DNA of 64,000 nt from Callorhinchus milii (Eukaryota). The notes beneath the pieces were generated by a model. The model had not been told where the DNA came from. It searched no databases and saw only the letters and a list, made by a program, of their open reading frames with translations. This document shows, in pieces, positions 1 to 11,619 of this stretch (the stretch's first letter is position 1; every line of letters begins with the position of its first letter). The DNA lies in contig NW_024704742.1 of assembly GCF_018977255.1 (NCBI RefSeq), positions 372,001 to 436,000 on the forward strand. Direction: 5' to 3'. The position numbers and the translations under genes were made by a program.

Positions 1-747
1 GACTTACCTCAAATCAAGTCACTCACTTCAGCATTGGCACATTTGTACAATAAAGTGATATTTCAGGAGAGTTTGTAATTGACGCAATTCTGCAGGGACT
101 CTACCTAAACGCTTATAGACGGTTCCACTATTAATAGATCTATGAATCACTAAGGTTAATTGACAATTATTAAGAACTCTCTAGGCACATTGAGCTTTGC
201 CTGTATTAAACATTGAGCAGTGCGTCCAGCTGCAATAGCACTGTTTCGACTGTGGAATTGAGCAGTTTATCTTTAAATATAATCAGCCAAAGAATTTTTG
301 TGGCACTGATATTTCTATTATGGGAAAGCTTTCTCCAGCTTCCTTCTCCTTTTCAAAGTTTCTCTTCAATTTAGTGCAAAGTTTTCCCCCCCTCCCCAGC
401 CCCCAAAATTGTTTGAAATAAATAGTTTGTTGAAAGGTTTTTAAAAACTAATTTTCATCATAGTAAAAGCAATGACAAAGGTGGGAAAAAAAATGGGTAA
501 AAGATCCTTCGAATTTGAGAGAAGTTTGTTTTTCTGGGTGACCTAAACCAAGAATTCTTTAGTTTAAATTGATGTTATTAGAACTTTTCTGATGCAAATT
601 CTACATTTGCTCCAAAAAGAGTCACTTCGCTTGACACTTTTAAACATCTTGATGTGATAACGTGCTATGAAACTAATGATTTGGTCACTCAATACGACTG
701 TGTGGAACATTAAAGTGCACAATTGGCTGATGCGTTTTGCCCACAAA

Positions 748-1073
748 ATAATAATAAATAATAATCCTTGCATTTGATATAGCGCTCTTCACGTCGGGAG
801 GACGTCCCAAAGCGCTTCACAGACCACACTGTAAAGTGAATTGACTGTATATTTGTGGGCGAACGCGGCAGCCAATTGCGCACAGCAATGTCCCACAAAC
901 AGTCGTAGATTGAAAATGACCAATTTATTATTGTTTTTGGTTTTGGAGGATTATTATTAGGCTCTGTGTGGAGTAAGGAAACTTGCCCGAGGTTTCGCTC
1001 TGACCTGCCTGGAATTGAACTCAGGTCTCTCACTTGCAAAGCGAGTGCTCTAACCACTGAGCTACAGGACTCC
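748..1073 (-). mobile_element. tRNA-Ala-derived SINE, full length, young subfamily
   Basis: Head GGAGTCCTGTAGCTCAGTGGTTAGAGC..TTTGCAA..GTTCAATTCC (Pol III A and B boxes); tail AAATGCAAGGATTATT; many copies in window. Confidence 0.9.
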
Positions 1074-1074
1074 C

Positions 1075-1184
1075 AATATACAGTCAATTCACTTTAAGTA
1101 TATTCTGTGGTGCTTTGACACATCTTGAAGATGTGATAAGGCACTATATATATAGTTATATCAAAAGCAAGGATTATTATTATA
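1075..1184 (+). mobile_element. SINE 3' fragment
   Basis: aatatacagtcaattcacttta...gcaaggattattattat, same tail as the full copies. Confidence 0.8.
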
Positions 1185-1728
1185 AAAGGGAAAGTTATCT
1201 TTACATTGTCTCTCCTGCTGAACCAATTTATCTCTATCTCTCTCGTCAATTCCTTGTGTTGGTTCCAGCATCAGTTTTGAGGGCACAGAGAACTCCAAAC
1301 TACTGTTCTTCACCACAAAGTACCTTTCCTGCCTCCTCACCTAATTCAAAATTTGAGGAGCTTATGAACTTCTTTTGAACCTCATAAATCCACAAAGATC
1401 ATCTATGATGCATATTTCTTTTTCAAACCAAGTTTTAAAAGTTTGGAAGGCATTCACCATTGCACAGGGTGACCAAAAAAATTGTGATATCTTTACAATG
1501 TCTAATAACTTAAAGAAATTATGATCTTTTGTTTGTTTTTAGATGAGAGGGTAGTTATGACTTGTTGGTCATCCTGTAGTTAAAACCATGTGGAATCTTC
1601 ACCGATCTAACCAGATATAATTAATTTTACATTTAACAGAATAATAGGGATTTTTAATTTCTGTCCAAACACAGATTTGTGGTGTTTCACCAATGCCTTT
1701 ATTTCTGTTTTCCTTTTGTTATTTTTAG

Positions 1729-1848
1729 CTTAAAAGTGTCAGTGGACCATGCCAACGGTCAGATGATGTGAAATATACTATGACTCGGCTAGCAGTTGAT
1801 GGAACGGATCTCTTCATTGTTGAGCATGGTTGTGCAGCCAATGTTAAG
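1729..1848 (+). CDS. BLTP1: BLTP1 exon w1 (120 nt)
   Basis: tttag|LKSVSGPCQRSDDVKYTMTRLAVDG...ANVK|gtaatt. Confidence 0.92.
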
Positions 1849-2218
1849 GTAATTGCTATTAATTAAATTGTCGTTTTTATTGCCAGAAAACAGATGCAGA
1901 AAATTATGGTGTTAGTGATGCACAGTGAGTTAAACGTCTATAAAGCCAGATTACAAAAAGATTTAATGTGCTTCGACCTACTGCTTCGTGGAACCCGAGC
2001 ATTGCTATTATCTATTACAGTATGTGGTGGTACATGAAAGAAACATATGTTTTGCTGGTTTATATGGTAATATAACCCACAGTGACCTGCAAATAAAAGC
2101 CAAACCTATTTTCTATAATATGTTTGTAACTTGTGATACTCTTCTGCTGTGAAAGGTCTGTTTTTTTGTGCAGTTCCTTGTTACGAGTTTTGATATATTT
2201 TCATTTGTTGCTTTCTAG

Positions 2219-2499
2219 ACAGGAGCCGTTCGTATTGCTACATGTAATCTTCATAACCAGGCGGTTGGAGAAGGAGTGAGTGCTGTTGTGCAGGATGTTC
2301 AGCTGAGACAATATATTGAACAACTCGAAAATTGCAGGCTTGGAATTCAATCCAATGTACTTCGGCGATCATTTTGGCTCGAAGCCGGTTCAATAAATTT
2401 TGGATTAATTACCGCAGATGTGGCTTTAGCTGCAGACCACCCTGCAAAGCATGAAGTTCAAAGACTCTTCTTAGAAACTCATGACAAACGAACAAAGAG
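2219..2499 (+). CDS. BLTP1: BLTP1 exon w2 (281 nt)
   Basis: ctag|TGAVRIATCNLHNQ...FLETHDKRTKR|gtacct. Confidence 0.95.
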
Positions 2500-2924
2500 G
2501 TACCTTTTGTTTGTGTGCATATATAAGGTGGGGTATAAGCTATTGGTCAGCCAATATTGTTTAAGCTGTAATTGCATAGAATAATATTAGTGCAAAAAAA
2601 AATCCTCGATACCAAGTCAGGAGGTAACTCCTTGTCACTATCTTTGGTGGTGCCCCTGTTGGCAACAGAACAGAGATCCAGAACAGAACAATGAACATGG
2701 AAATAAGCAAATAAAATATTTTGAGACTGAGAAGACATTATTACACCAGTAGAAGATGTTAGCCTGTTGGTTGATATCTGAAGCTATTGAGTACTGCTGT
2801 AATATAAAGCTAGATTTTGTGTTATTCTAATACTATGTCAATTGTGGATTAGATTTCTGTCTTATTCCTCCATTTTCGAATCTCAAAATGATCAGCTAAA
2901 ACCATCACATTAAATCTAAAAACT

Positions 2925-3165
2925 ATGTCTAGTTTTGGGCACCTCACTTCAGGAAGGATGTTAAGACCTTGGTGGGGATGAGGAGATTTACGAGAATGAT
3001 ACCAGGGATGATGGGCTTTAGTTACGAGAGATTGAAGACATTGGGTCTGTTTTTATTGGAAAAAAGAAAGTTGAGAGGGAATCTGATAGTGGTGTACCAA
3101 ATTAGGAGGGGTTTTGACAGGATAAATTGGGATGCTATTTCCACTGGTAAGGAAGTGAGTGATAG
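2925..3165 (+). mobile_element. CR1-type LINE ORF2 C-terminal fragment (degenerate)
   Basis: Translates as RRFTRMIPGM..SYERL..LGLF.LEKR.LRG.LI.VY.I.RGFDR, typical of the CR1 ORF2 end. Confidence 0.8.
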
Positions 3166-3177
3166 TTAGCAGAAGAG

Positions 3178-3435
3178 TGAGGCCTCTTCTGCCTGTTCAG
3201 GTCAATGTTAAAGATTCCGTGGCACTGTTCAAAAAGAGAAGGGAGTCCTTGGAGTAATCCACCAAAATATTAAAAAAAAAGGTCATTCAGTTCAGCTGTT
3301 TGTGGGACGTTGCTATGTACCGCGCAATTGGTTCACGCACAAAACACGCAGTCACTGCACTGTACAGTCCTGTGATGCGCTTTGGGACGTCCTCGCACTA
3401 AACCAGATGTAAGGATTATCATTACTATTATTATA
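3178..3435 (+). mobile_element. Deu-domain (SacSINE1-like) SINE fragment
   Basis: tctgcctgttcagg..ttaaagattccgtggcactgttc core followed by the shared 3' tail. Confidence 0.65.
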
Positions 3436-3487
3436 ATATGTCACTTCCCCCAAAAGTTTTAAGTTTCTTAAACAAGATCTAACTTGT

Positions 3488-3800
3488 GGAGTCCTGTAGC
3501 TCAGTGATTAGAGCACTCGCTTTGCAAGCGAGAGACCTGAGTTCATTTCCAGGCAGCGGGAAACCTTGGGCAAGTTTCCTTATTCCACACAGAGCCTGAT
3601 AATAATCCCTCCAAAACAACAAAAAAATTGGTCGTTTTCAATCTACGACTGTTTGTGGGACATTGCTGTGCGCAATTGGCTGCCGCGTTCTCCCACAAAT
3701 ATACAGTCAATTCACTTTACAATGTGTTCTGTGAAGCGCTTTGGGACGTCCTCCCGACGTGAAAAGCGCTATATCAAATGCAAGGATTATTATTATTATT
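3488..3800 (+). mobile_element. tRNA-Ala-derived SINE, full length, young subfamily
   Basis: Same head, body and (ATT)n tail as 748-1073, opposite orientation. Confidence 0.9.
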
Positions 3801-4344
3801 TTTCTGAAATTGTTTGTTATTTATTGGGGTATTTTGTCACACATCTTGCCTTATTTGGCATCCTCTTCATAGTTATTTGTATTGTTCTTTTGGTGTTTTA
3901 GGGCAATTACTCTTTAGTTCCCAGGTTTGTTGCCTTTTTTGAATTAGGAATCCCGCATTTGTTTGTTTCCAGTCTGTTTACATGTGCAGCGACACCCGGA
4001 GTTTTCACAGGAACTAGAATGGCCAATGTACTCTGAACAATGCCAATGAGGACATATTGTTTAAGAGTGCTCAGTAAGACAAGGTTATACATATAACACA
4101 AGATGCCTGATGTTGACACTGCTGATAGTAGGCCTCCTAAAAGCTCCACATTGCCATCACCAGGTGCATCGGTGTTACTGTGAGAATTGCAAACTTAGTA
4201 CATAAAAATAAATTACTTCCTCGGATAGGCAAAAGCTACTAACGAGGTCTACTTGCTTAACACCAGCTTAAACTGTTTTCTTCAGTGGCATTTACTGGTA
4301 ACTTTCTTGTGTAGCAGAATTCTTGCGTAACATCCATATGCAGC

Positions 4345-4920
4345 CGAAACCCTCGTGCATTCTTTGTAACTTCACGCCTGGATTACTCAAACACACTCCT
4401 CGCCGGTCTCCCCAGCTCCACTATTCAAAAAACCAGCTCATTCAGAACTCTGCCACCCTCAAACTGACCCGGGCTAAACTCCGTCCCCACATCTCACCAG
4501 CTCTGGCCCAGGCTCCACTGTCTCCCCATCACTGAACACATTGATTTCAAGATCCTCTCACTCTCGTGTTCAAATCCCTTCATTCCCTGGCCCCTCCCTC
4601 CCTCTCCGACCGCCTCATTCCCCAATCCACCACCCGGCGCCTCCACTCGACTGGCCCCGGCTCCTGCGCTCCCTCGCACCCTCCGTCCCACAATCGGAGG
4701 TCGCATCTTCAGCCACTATGTTCCGAAACTCTGGAACGCTCTCCCTCAGTCCCTCCGGCCTTGCCCCCTCTCCCCTCTTTCAAATCTTGCCTGAAAACCT
4801 TCCTTTTCGATGTGCTTACAGCCACCTCCCCCCTCTCCCCCGGCTCGGAGTCAGGCTCCGCCACTGTTAAGCTCTGAGACACTGCCCTGCGTGGAGGGCG
4901 CTATATAAGTGCACATTGTT
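4345..4920 (+). mobile_element. L2-clade LINE 3' fragment
   Basis: Frameshifted QLIQNSA..HISP.LA / FKSLH.LAPP.LSD / FKS.LKTFLF motifs; tail gcgctatataagtgcac. Confidence 0.8.
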
Positions 4921-5954
4921 TTTATGTAAAAATAATCATGAAACTGTCTCACTCCACAGACTCTTTTCCCAATTTCCTCATAACCTAAATTACCAAAACA
5001 GTGTGTCAACTAATCCTGCTCTGCCCTCTCTCAATAGCAGTAAAATCCGTTTTAAGATTCAATGTCTGAAGCAGTATTTAGTATTCTAACAAAATATTAT
5101 TCTATTTTAAAAGATCAATTGCTTCTATCAGTCCACTCTGTGATCCTTGTTCGTACCAGAAACTGGACTAAACATTACTATACTTACGTTTAAGTGCTTT
5201 CAGATATCATCTCGATATGAAATGTATATTGCATTGTATATGTTACTAGTCAATGGTTAAATCTGGAAAATGTAGGAAGGTATTCACATATGAGAAGAAT
5301 CATATAGAAATCTAATTTTTAACAAAAATCTAATTGACATTGAGTTCAGATCTGTTACTGAATGTTATAAAGCAAGTCTCCTCATTAGTGAAGAATTTTG
5401 AGGATTGTGAGCAACATGTTATGCTTCAGTTAGATGACAGGAGAGATGTGAAATCACAAGGGACCTTTAAAATCTTCACCATCAGCAGCTGGGCCGTTAG
5501 GCACTGCGCCCTGAACCTATGGAACTCCCTGCATCAGTCCCGCGGTCAAGCCGTCTCTTTACCGATCTTCAAATCACACCTGAAGACTTGACTCTTCGAA
5601 CGTGCTTTTGTTCAACTCCCCTGAATGACATCAAACACCATTGTTTCGTGCTCCAAGACACTCCCCTCCAATCTAATTTAATTGTACATTGTGCGCAATT
5701 GACTGCCGCGTTTCGCCCACAAAATACAGTTATCCACTTTACAATATATTCGGTGAAGCGCTTTATGACGTCTCAACAATGTGATAAGGCACAATATCAG
5801 ATGCGAGGCTTATTATTATGACATAGTAGCTGTGTGGTTGTATTGTGAGAGCATAAGCTCAAGGAGTGTTTCTTTGAAATTGAATATTCCAATGAGAGAT
5901 TTATCTATTGCATTTTCTGTGTCTTCAACTGAGATCTTGCTTTCTTTCAAACAG

Positions 5955-6202
5955 ACTGTGGTTCCTTTGGCCAGATGATGTTAAACATAAACGTGCCAAG
6001 AACAAATGTGGCTGCCTCGGTGGTTGTAAGTTCTTTGCAGGCACTGCCTCTGGATTGGAGTTTTTCAAATTGGATGAAATGACCCCCTCTACCAGCTCTG
6101 CCGCCTCAACTGCAAGCACGGATTCCGATATGTTCTACGGACAGTCATTGCTGCACCCCAATGAATGGATCATTACCAAGGACATTTCCAAGATCGTGGA
6201 TG
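5955..6202 (+). CDS. BLTP1: BLTP1 exon w3 (248 nt)
   Basis: acag|LWFLWPDD...NKCGCLGGC...SKIVD|gtaact. Confidence 0.95.
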
Positions 6203-6793
6203 GTAACTTTGTGTAGAAATTTTGCTCCCTACCTCCCGTCCTTTGCATTAGTTTTAGTTTGAATTGTCTTAGGCTTTTTCAATCACTCAACCAGTTTTAG
6301 TCATTCAGAGCTGAGCCGTACAAACCTATAAGGTGCAAACTTCCATTGATTCACAATCCGTGCTGAAATTAATTGATCTTGGCTGAAGCAGCATTAGGAG
6401 TGAAGCAACTGAGGGTTAGGGGGGGAAAATCTCCCAAGATTCCTGATCAATATCCAATAATGTGTGCTAGAAGTCTATGTTGGACACTGTTTGATAGCTT
6501 GTGCTTGTTTATCATCTTTCTTTCCTCTCCTTTCCCACCCACCCACCCACCCACCACCATGGTTATATAATCACTGGCACACTCTGTTAAAATTTCACAC
6601 AAGATAATATCTACCAAGGCCAAAAATATACATCTGCATGTGGATTTCTTAATACATTAGATGCCTGTTATAATGCAGTGGATGGGATCTATAATATCTG
6701 AGCTATAATGGGAAGCAGTCATCTAAAATCTCAGTCCATAGGAAGGCAACGGAATAGATCATTTGTATTGATCAAACTAATGTTTATGTATAG

Positions 6794-7052
6794 GTAAAGC
6801 AGGTGGGACCAAAAGAAAAGAGTGGGATTCGAGGTCACTGGGAATTGATGCTGAGAGAAAGAACCAGCTTCTCAGTTTGCAGGTGCCTTTACGATCTCAC
6901 AGTTCATCCTCTTCTGAAGAAAACAGCAATTCTAGTGCTGCCATTCCTCTGCTTGCAAGTGAGAAAGGCAGCCCTTCCTCTACTGTTGAGGACAACATTG
7001 TACAGGTGGAGTTTCCTGCTCCCAGCACAAAGCCAGAAGAAACTAATAGGAA
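6794..7052 (+). CDS. BLTP1: BLTP1 exon w4 (259 nt)
   Basis: atag|GKAGGTKRKEWD...LQVPLRSHSSSSSEEN...ETNR|gtaagt; the ORF track shows a different frame. Confidence 0.9.
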
Positions 7053-7105
7053 GTAAGTTACATTTTACTTGTTTTACAAGTATATTTTACATATATACAC
7101 ACACG

Positions 7106-7382
7106 TCCTTCAGATGAGTCGTTAAATCGAGCTCCCATCTGCCTGTTCCGGTGGATGTTTAAGATCTCATGGCACTATTGGAAAAGAGAAAAAAGTTTCT
7201 TCCAGTATCGTGGCCAACAATCCCCCAAATAAACTCACCATGGATGTTTGTGGGACATTGCAATGCGCAACTGGCTGTCCAAATACACAGTCAATCCACT
7301 TTCCGGTACATCCTGTGAAGCGCTTTGAGATATCTCAGTGACTTGTTAAGGCACTAAATCAAATGCAAGGATTATTATTATT
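7106..7382 (+). mobile_element. Deu-domain SINE fragment
   Basis: gatgagtcgttaaatcgag..tctgcctgttccggtggatgtttaagatctcatggcactatt..; tail aaatgcaaggattattatta. Confidence 0.75.
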
Positions 7383-7769
7383 GGATTGCTTGGGTTAAAG
7401 CATTAAGATTACAAGCTTTTGGGCTAGATAATTCTGTACTTGTGATATATTGTGTGACATTCACTTTGGGTTGCAATATACAAAATTAAAAGAAATTCAC
7501 CAGTACACTTTATCAGAGTAATGGAATAGAGATTCATGCCTTTAATATCTTGTACTTTAATATCTTGTACTCCTTTGCCATTAGGATGAGGTTCTTTTCA
7601 CCCCTCACCCCGTAAGGCTTAAAGAAAACAATTTAAAGATTTTGGGAGCTCTCTTACGAAAGGGAGTGGTCACGAAGCTGTGCTGCCAGGCGCTGTTCTG
7701 TGACTTGGCCAGGGAATTGTTGCAAAATGAGTGGGAGCGAGAGACTTAATTCTCGCATTTTTTTTTTAG

Positions 7770-8592
7770 TGCTTCGGCAGATGTTGCAGGGAGCAGCCCG
7801 GTTTCACCCAATAATCAAGATCGATCGTTAGTTCGCTCTCCTTTGAAACGCCAGGCCTCTGTTTCTTCGACACGTCTTGGGAGCACTAAAAGTTTATCTG
7901 CGGCCTATTACAGCGAGCGGCAACCAGCACCGATGGGTGTACAGTTCAGCAGCGAAGTATCCCGCAGCGATGAGAACGTTTTGGATTCGCCTCGTCAGAG
8001 GAGGAGCTTTGGGTCGTTCCCCTTCACTCCATCAGCTGATTCAAACACTTTCCATCAGTATCGTTCAGCTGATTCCAGCATATCTGTAGCTGACAGCGAG
8101 GCCTACTTTTCTGCAGTTGAGGATTTTGATCCAGTTAGCAGTGACGAAGGTCCAGGAACCTACCCTGGAAGGAAGAAGAGGAGGCGAACACAAGCAGTTG
8201 ACTACAGCAGGAGTACAATTTACCACAGTGTAGACGGGCCATTAAACTCCTCCGTTAATGGTGAGAATCGGGAACCAAAGGTCTTTCCTATTAAAGCACA
8301 TGCCTCTCAGGCCTCTTTTGTATCTGCTCTTGGAGGGGACGACGAGACAATTGATCAGATTTATTCAGAGGGAGAGAAAGTTCTGGACCAGAAACCCGCA
8401 TCTTGCCATCAGTTTGTGATGTCGTGTTATCTGAACTACCTCACACAACTGCAAGTGTCCAACTGGTCGGTAAAGCAGCCGACAAACAAGAGAACTTCAA
8501 AATCCTCGCTGCATCGGCCTTTGGACCTTGACACGCCAACCAGTGAAGAAATCTCAAATTCATTTGATCAACTTTCAATCCCAACCTTTAAG
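7770..8592 (+). CDS. BLTP1: BLTP1 exon w5 (823 nt)
   Basis: tttag|ASADVAGSSPVSP...LKRQASVSSTRLG...SIPTFK|gttagt. Confidence 0.95.
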
Positions 8593-9754
8593 GTTAGTGA
8601 TGGTCATAAGGGACGTATATTGGCATTCTCAACCACTGGCACACTTTCTATTTCAAGACACTCGTGCTCTGGGTGGGAGGGCAACAGATGCTGTTTGTAG
8701 GTGCAGAATGAAGGGATATTGCCTGTGGTAAATTTTTCCAATACAGTATTTTTGATCAGTTTTGTTTTTTTCCATTTTTCTCCCATACAAGGCCTGGCAC
8801 TGAGATATTTAATATAAATAACCCCATTGTTGGTGGTTCAGGATCATTACTGTTTGACTTAACCCATTAACTTTTATAATGTAATTCTTTTTGAAATCGT
8901 ATGTTAAATTGCACTGTTCTGAGAAGTACATTAAAATGAGGCAAGAGGATAACAATAATTCATACTTTAAAAGACTGTTGTTGTGAGGACCAGGATTTCA
9001 CTGAATACTTTCACAGGATTAGCACTGTTCTCACTGTTAACTTTTCAAAATTATCCTGAACGTCTCAGCAATCAGATTGTCGTGTGAATACTTCAATCCT
9101 TTTTATTATCCATATAGAAATACCAACAATGAATTGACATTCAAATGATGAACTGTGTTTTATTTTAAGTGAGGCGTAAAATAATAACAATTTGGATATT
9201 CCACAACCAATGCTTCCCTTATTTGTGGCATAAACGACTTCTTTAACATCAGAGTATGGAAACCTGGGGTGAATGTCTTCTGGAATGTAGCTCACCTGAT
9301 GCTTCTGCCCTCTGCGAACCACACCTTTTTTTAAAAATACTGTAATTTTGGAAGTATACATTCCTATTCAGTTCTTTTAGTTTGTACTATGGGTGCACAT
9401 AGTCGTGCACTGAGCGGAGATATTGAGCATTAACTACACAGCCATGTGAAAGGTGCTAAATGAATGCATGTTGTTGTTGTTCAAGGACTTTACGAAATGA
9501 GCAAAGGGAACAAGTAGGAGATCGTGGTTGTTGCAAAGCTTGCTGTACTTTCATCTAACTACCATTTGTCATGTATTTTTATCTTACAATTGCCTTTCAT
9601 TGAGGTTGAAGTAGTTATACCNAAAAAAACTAGAACTGTGTAGAAATGTACAGCCAGATACTGTATATATTAGATGTTTGACAATAACCTATGGGCTTTT
9701 TACCTTTACTGGAGACTCAAAAATACTAACTGTTGTACATCAATTTACATATAG

Positions 9755-9825
9755 GTGGTAAAACAAGGCCTTGCAGCAAATGCGTTGTTAGACAGAGGTG
9801 TTCAACTGATGGGGTCGACTTCAAG
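9755..9825 (+). CDS. BLTP1: BLTP1 exon w6 (71 nt)
   Basis: atag|VVKQGLAANALLDRGVQLMGSTS|gtattt. Confidence 0.92.
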
Positions 9826-9938
9826 GTATTTTATCATTGCTTCTCATTGCCCGATTTTCTACAGAAGAGTTTGCATAAATAGCATAAATGTGGCAATTGA
9901 ACTTCAACATCTAGCTTTTTTTTAATATAAATCTCTAG

Positions 9939-10112
9939 TGCTCCTTATACTCCATTGGAAAAAAAGTCTATGGAACATACAGACGATGAGACCATTACTG
10001 AACAGTGGAGTCTAGATCAACCAGTCTCTCAAACTAGGACCACCGCCATCGTGGAAGTGAAGGGAGCAGTGGATGTTGTTCTTACCCCACTTGTAGCAGA
10101 AGCCTTAGACAG
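9939..10112 (+). CDS. BLTP1: BLTP1 exon w7 (174 nt)
   Basis: ctag|APYTPLEKK...LTPLVAEALDR|gtatgg. Confidence 0.95.
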
Positions 10113-10407
10113 GTATGGATGGAGAAGCGATCCTGGGGGTGCACGTATGTTCAGACCACTTTGACAAATGTACTTGCCAAAGGTTTGCTTTGCTGATTTG
10201 TGTACCAGGTGAGGAATGAGTCGTGCAGTGTTACTTACACTTTAAAACCGAATACATTGAATTAAATTTGCAGAATCAGAATACATTGAACTTGTCAGAT
10301 CATGTACAACAACAACAGCATAAACGTTAAACGGGATGAAGCTGCCCTCGGTCTCCAGGTATGTGTTGTTTTCAGCCTGAAAGACTAATTGTTCCGATTG
10401 TTTTCAG

Positions 10408-10528
10408 ATACATTGAGGCAATGATCCACTTTGCTAGTAATTGGCATCCCGCTGCGATTGTGGGTGACCTGCATGCTAAAGCGCTGAAGGAAGCTCTCCT
10501 GAACAGCAAATCCTCTGGTCCTGAGTCG
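10408..10528 (+). CDS. BLTP1: BLTP1 exon w8 (121 nt)
   Basis: tcag|YIEAMIHFASNWHPAAIV...SGPES|gtaagt. Confidence 0.93.
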
Positions 10529-10672
10529 GTAAGTACTTTGTCAGCAATATGTAGGGCAGGAGGGCCCAGGGCGCTGAGCTTCATTACTTTTAGGGCTGAA
10601 AAGACTTTGGCGGCACTGAAGGCAGCATCCTCTTTCAGCTGCAGAATCCCCCCTCTCCCCCCCACTCCTGCT

Positions 10673-10702
10673 ACACACACGCACACACACACACACACAC
10701 AC
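10673..10702. repeat. (CA)n microsatellite
   Basis: acacacacgcacacacacacacacacac. Confidence 0.9.
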
Positions 10703-11120
10703 TGCACATTGATTGGACCTGAGAAAATCTCTGCACTGAAAGTGCTTCGAGACATTTGTGATGTGGTGCTCATTGGTTCAACTAGGTGTCTGACACATTA
10801 CCGTGCCTGTGTCTCCAAGCCTGCAAAATGCACAGTCACTACAGTTTATAGTAAATATTGTGAGACGCTTTGGGAAAGGCGCTGTATTATTATTATTATT
10901 ATTATTATTATAAGGGCACATAGTAAACAAAACTCCCACATTGAATAACGAGGAATTTCATTCTGGTGCAGCTGTGAAGACTGTTTGGAGTTAGAGCTTC
11001 CCTGCTCACTTGGTGATTGCTTCTATTTTCATGTTGGTTGGTTGTTGAACTATACCATTCTTTTCATTTGAAAGAAACATTTTTGGGGGCCATTTTTATA
11101 AAAGTCTTTTTCTCCTGTAG

Positions 11121-11267
11121 GGGTCTGTAAAGCATGAAGCACGTACCTGCAAAATAGAAAATGCCCCATCTGGAATAACAAGACCAGGGCAAACACAAAA
11201 AAATCCACCAGCAAAACAAGATAATGTGAAAATAAAGGGTCTTCAGGCTAATGTTTCTATACCAAAG
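11121..11267 (+). CDS. BLTP1: BLTP1 exon w9 (147 nt)
   Basis: gtag|GSVKHEAR...KQDNVKIKGLQANVSIPK|gtatta. Confidence 0.92.
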
Positions 11268-11619
11268 GTATTAGTTCTTGGTTATTTTAATTTAAATCAC
11301 ATATTTTAAATGTTTTAAACTGCTAAGAATTTATTTGTAACAATTATAATTTGTTATCTAAATATTTGGAAATAACAATTTTGATTAATATTTAACTTTG
11401 GGAAAATAGGTGGTAGAAATAATGCATTTTTGTGTAGTGTACAATTAAGTATGCTTCTGAAGCGGCAAAGAATGGTGTTTAAGGAACTTGTTTATTTTTG
11501 CGATTAAAGTAGAGAAATTAATTGTATTAATCTTTACTTTGTTTACACACTTTATACCTGAAAATATAAAGAAAGGTTTTATCAAATGGCACAGCTCACT
11601 TTTTGGTTGCCACTTGCAG

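Noticed and set aside
710..1087. Recurrent ORF peptide FSIYDCLWDIAVRNWLPRSPTNIQSIHF (also 3566-3901 and 52047-52448) as a novel gene family
   Set aside because: It is the translation of multi-copy SINE sequence; frames and ends differ between copies and there is no splice or start context.
3488..3560. tRNA-Ala(TGC) gene
   Set aside because: It has A/B boxes and a TGC anticodon-like loop but no complete acceptor stem or T-run terminator, and it runs straight into a SINE body.
7540..7571. 15-nt perfect tandem duplication (ctttaatatcttgta x2)
   Set aside because: An ordinary slippage event with no sign of function.
9622..9622. Single N bases (9622 and 23763)
   Set aside because: Ambiguous calls next to homopolymers; intronic assembly noise.
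10361..10948. 195-aa ORF as an independent gene
   Set aside because: Only 10408-10528 is exonic; the rest is intron read-through over (CA)n and (TAT)n repeats.
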